This document shows positions 63,722 to 64,000 of a stretch of 64,000 nucleotides of DNA, one piece after another (within the stretch, counting starts at the first letter, position 1; the number at the start of each line of letters is the position of its first letter). The translations under genes were made by a program, and so were the position numbers. Source of the stretch: Malacoraja senta (lineage: Eukaryota); contig CM075977.1 in assembly GCA_038087875.1 (NCBI GenBank), positions 241,366,001 to 241,430,000 on the forward strand, read 5' to 3'. The notes under the pieces were generated by a model. The model saw only the letters and a program-made list of their open reading frames with translations. It did no database searches and was not told where the DNA came from.

Positions 63722-64000
63722 AAAGTGGCGGCGCTGCCTTGCAGCTGCGGATCACCTGCAGTCCGTTTGTCTTTTCTTTTTTTGTTTTCCTTTGTCCCGT
63801 TGTTGCGGTTTGTTTCAGTTTATTTTGGTTGTGTATGTGTGGGGGGGTGGGAGAAGCATGTTTTTGGCTCTTCCTTCGGGGGGGGGGTGCGACCGTTCTT
63901 GCTGTATCCCCCGTCTCCGTCTGCGCTGAGGCCTATCACGGAGCTGGCGGCCTCCAACTGGGACCGACCTCTAGGCTCTGGAGGCAGAGCCAGCCAGGAC
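63722..64000 (+). mobile_element. 5' part of a GC-rich retroposon related to 16213-17070 (runs off the window)
   Basis: Shared 5' AAGTGGCGGCGCTG..GCAGCTGCGG..CCTGCAGT and internal GAGCTGGCGGCCTCCAACTGGGACCGACCTC. Confidence 0.75.

Overview
Eukaryotic, repeat-saturated, apparently intergenic or intronic DNA. The repeat complement (CR1 LINEs, HE1/V-SINE-type tRNA SINEs, Penelope-derived palindromes) points to a cartilaginous fish, probably a skate or ray (inference). I found no supportable host protein-coding exon; nearly all ORFs in the track are transposon-derived or spurious. Main contents: two non-autonomous satellite-laden Helitrons (2300-5318, 29462-36258), a 1.35-kb solo LTR, many CR1 and Rex1/Babar fragments, a structurally complete but mutated DIRS1-type tyrosine-recombinase retrotransposon (55144-59981), Harbinger-like and hAT-like MITEs, and Penelope fragments. 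The most striking signal is a set of tiny ribozyme-bearing retroelements. Two unrelated ~140-170 bp TSD-flanked elements start exactly at an HDV-like ribozyme fold (48122-48175 minus, in an element split by a 4-kb CR1; 29142-29233 plus). There is also a family of ~100-260 bp Penelope-derived, mostly palindromic inserts with 11-16 bp TSDs, some retaining minimal hammerhead cores. All analysis was by eye; boundaries of old degraded fragments are approximate.
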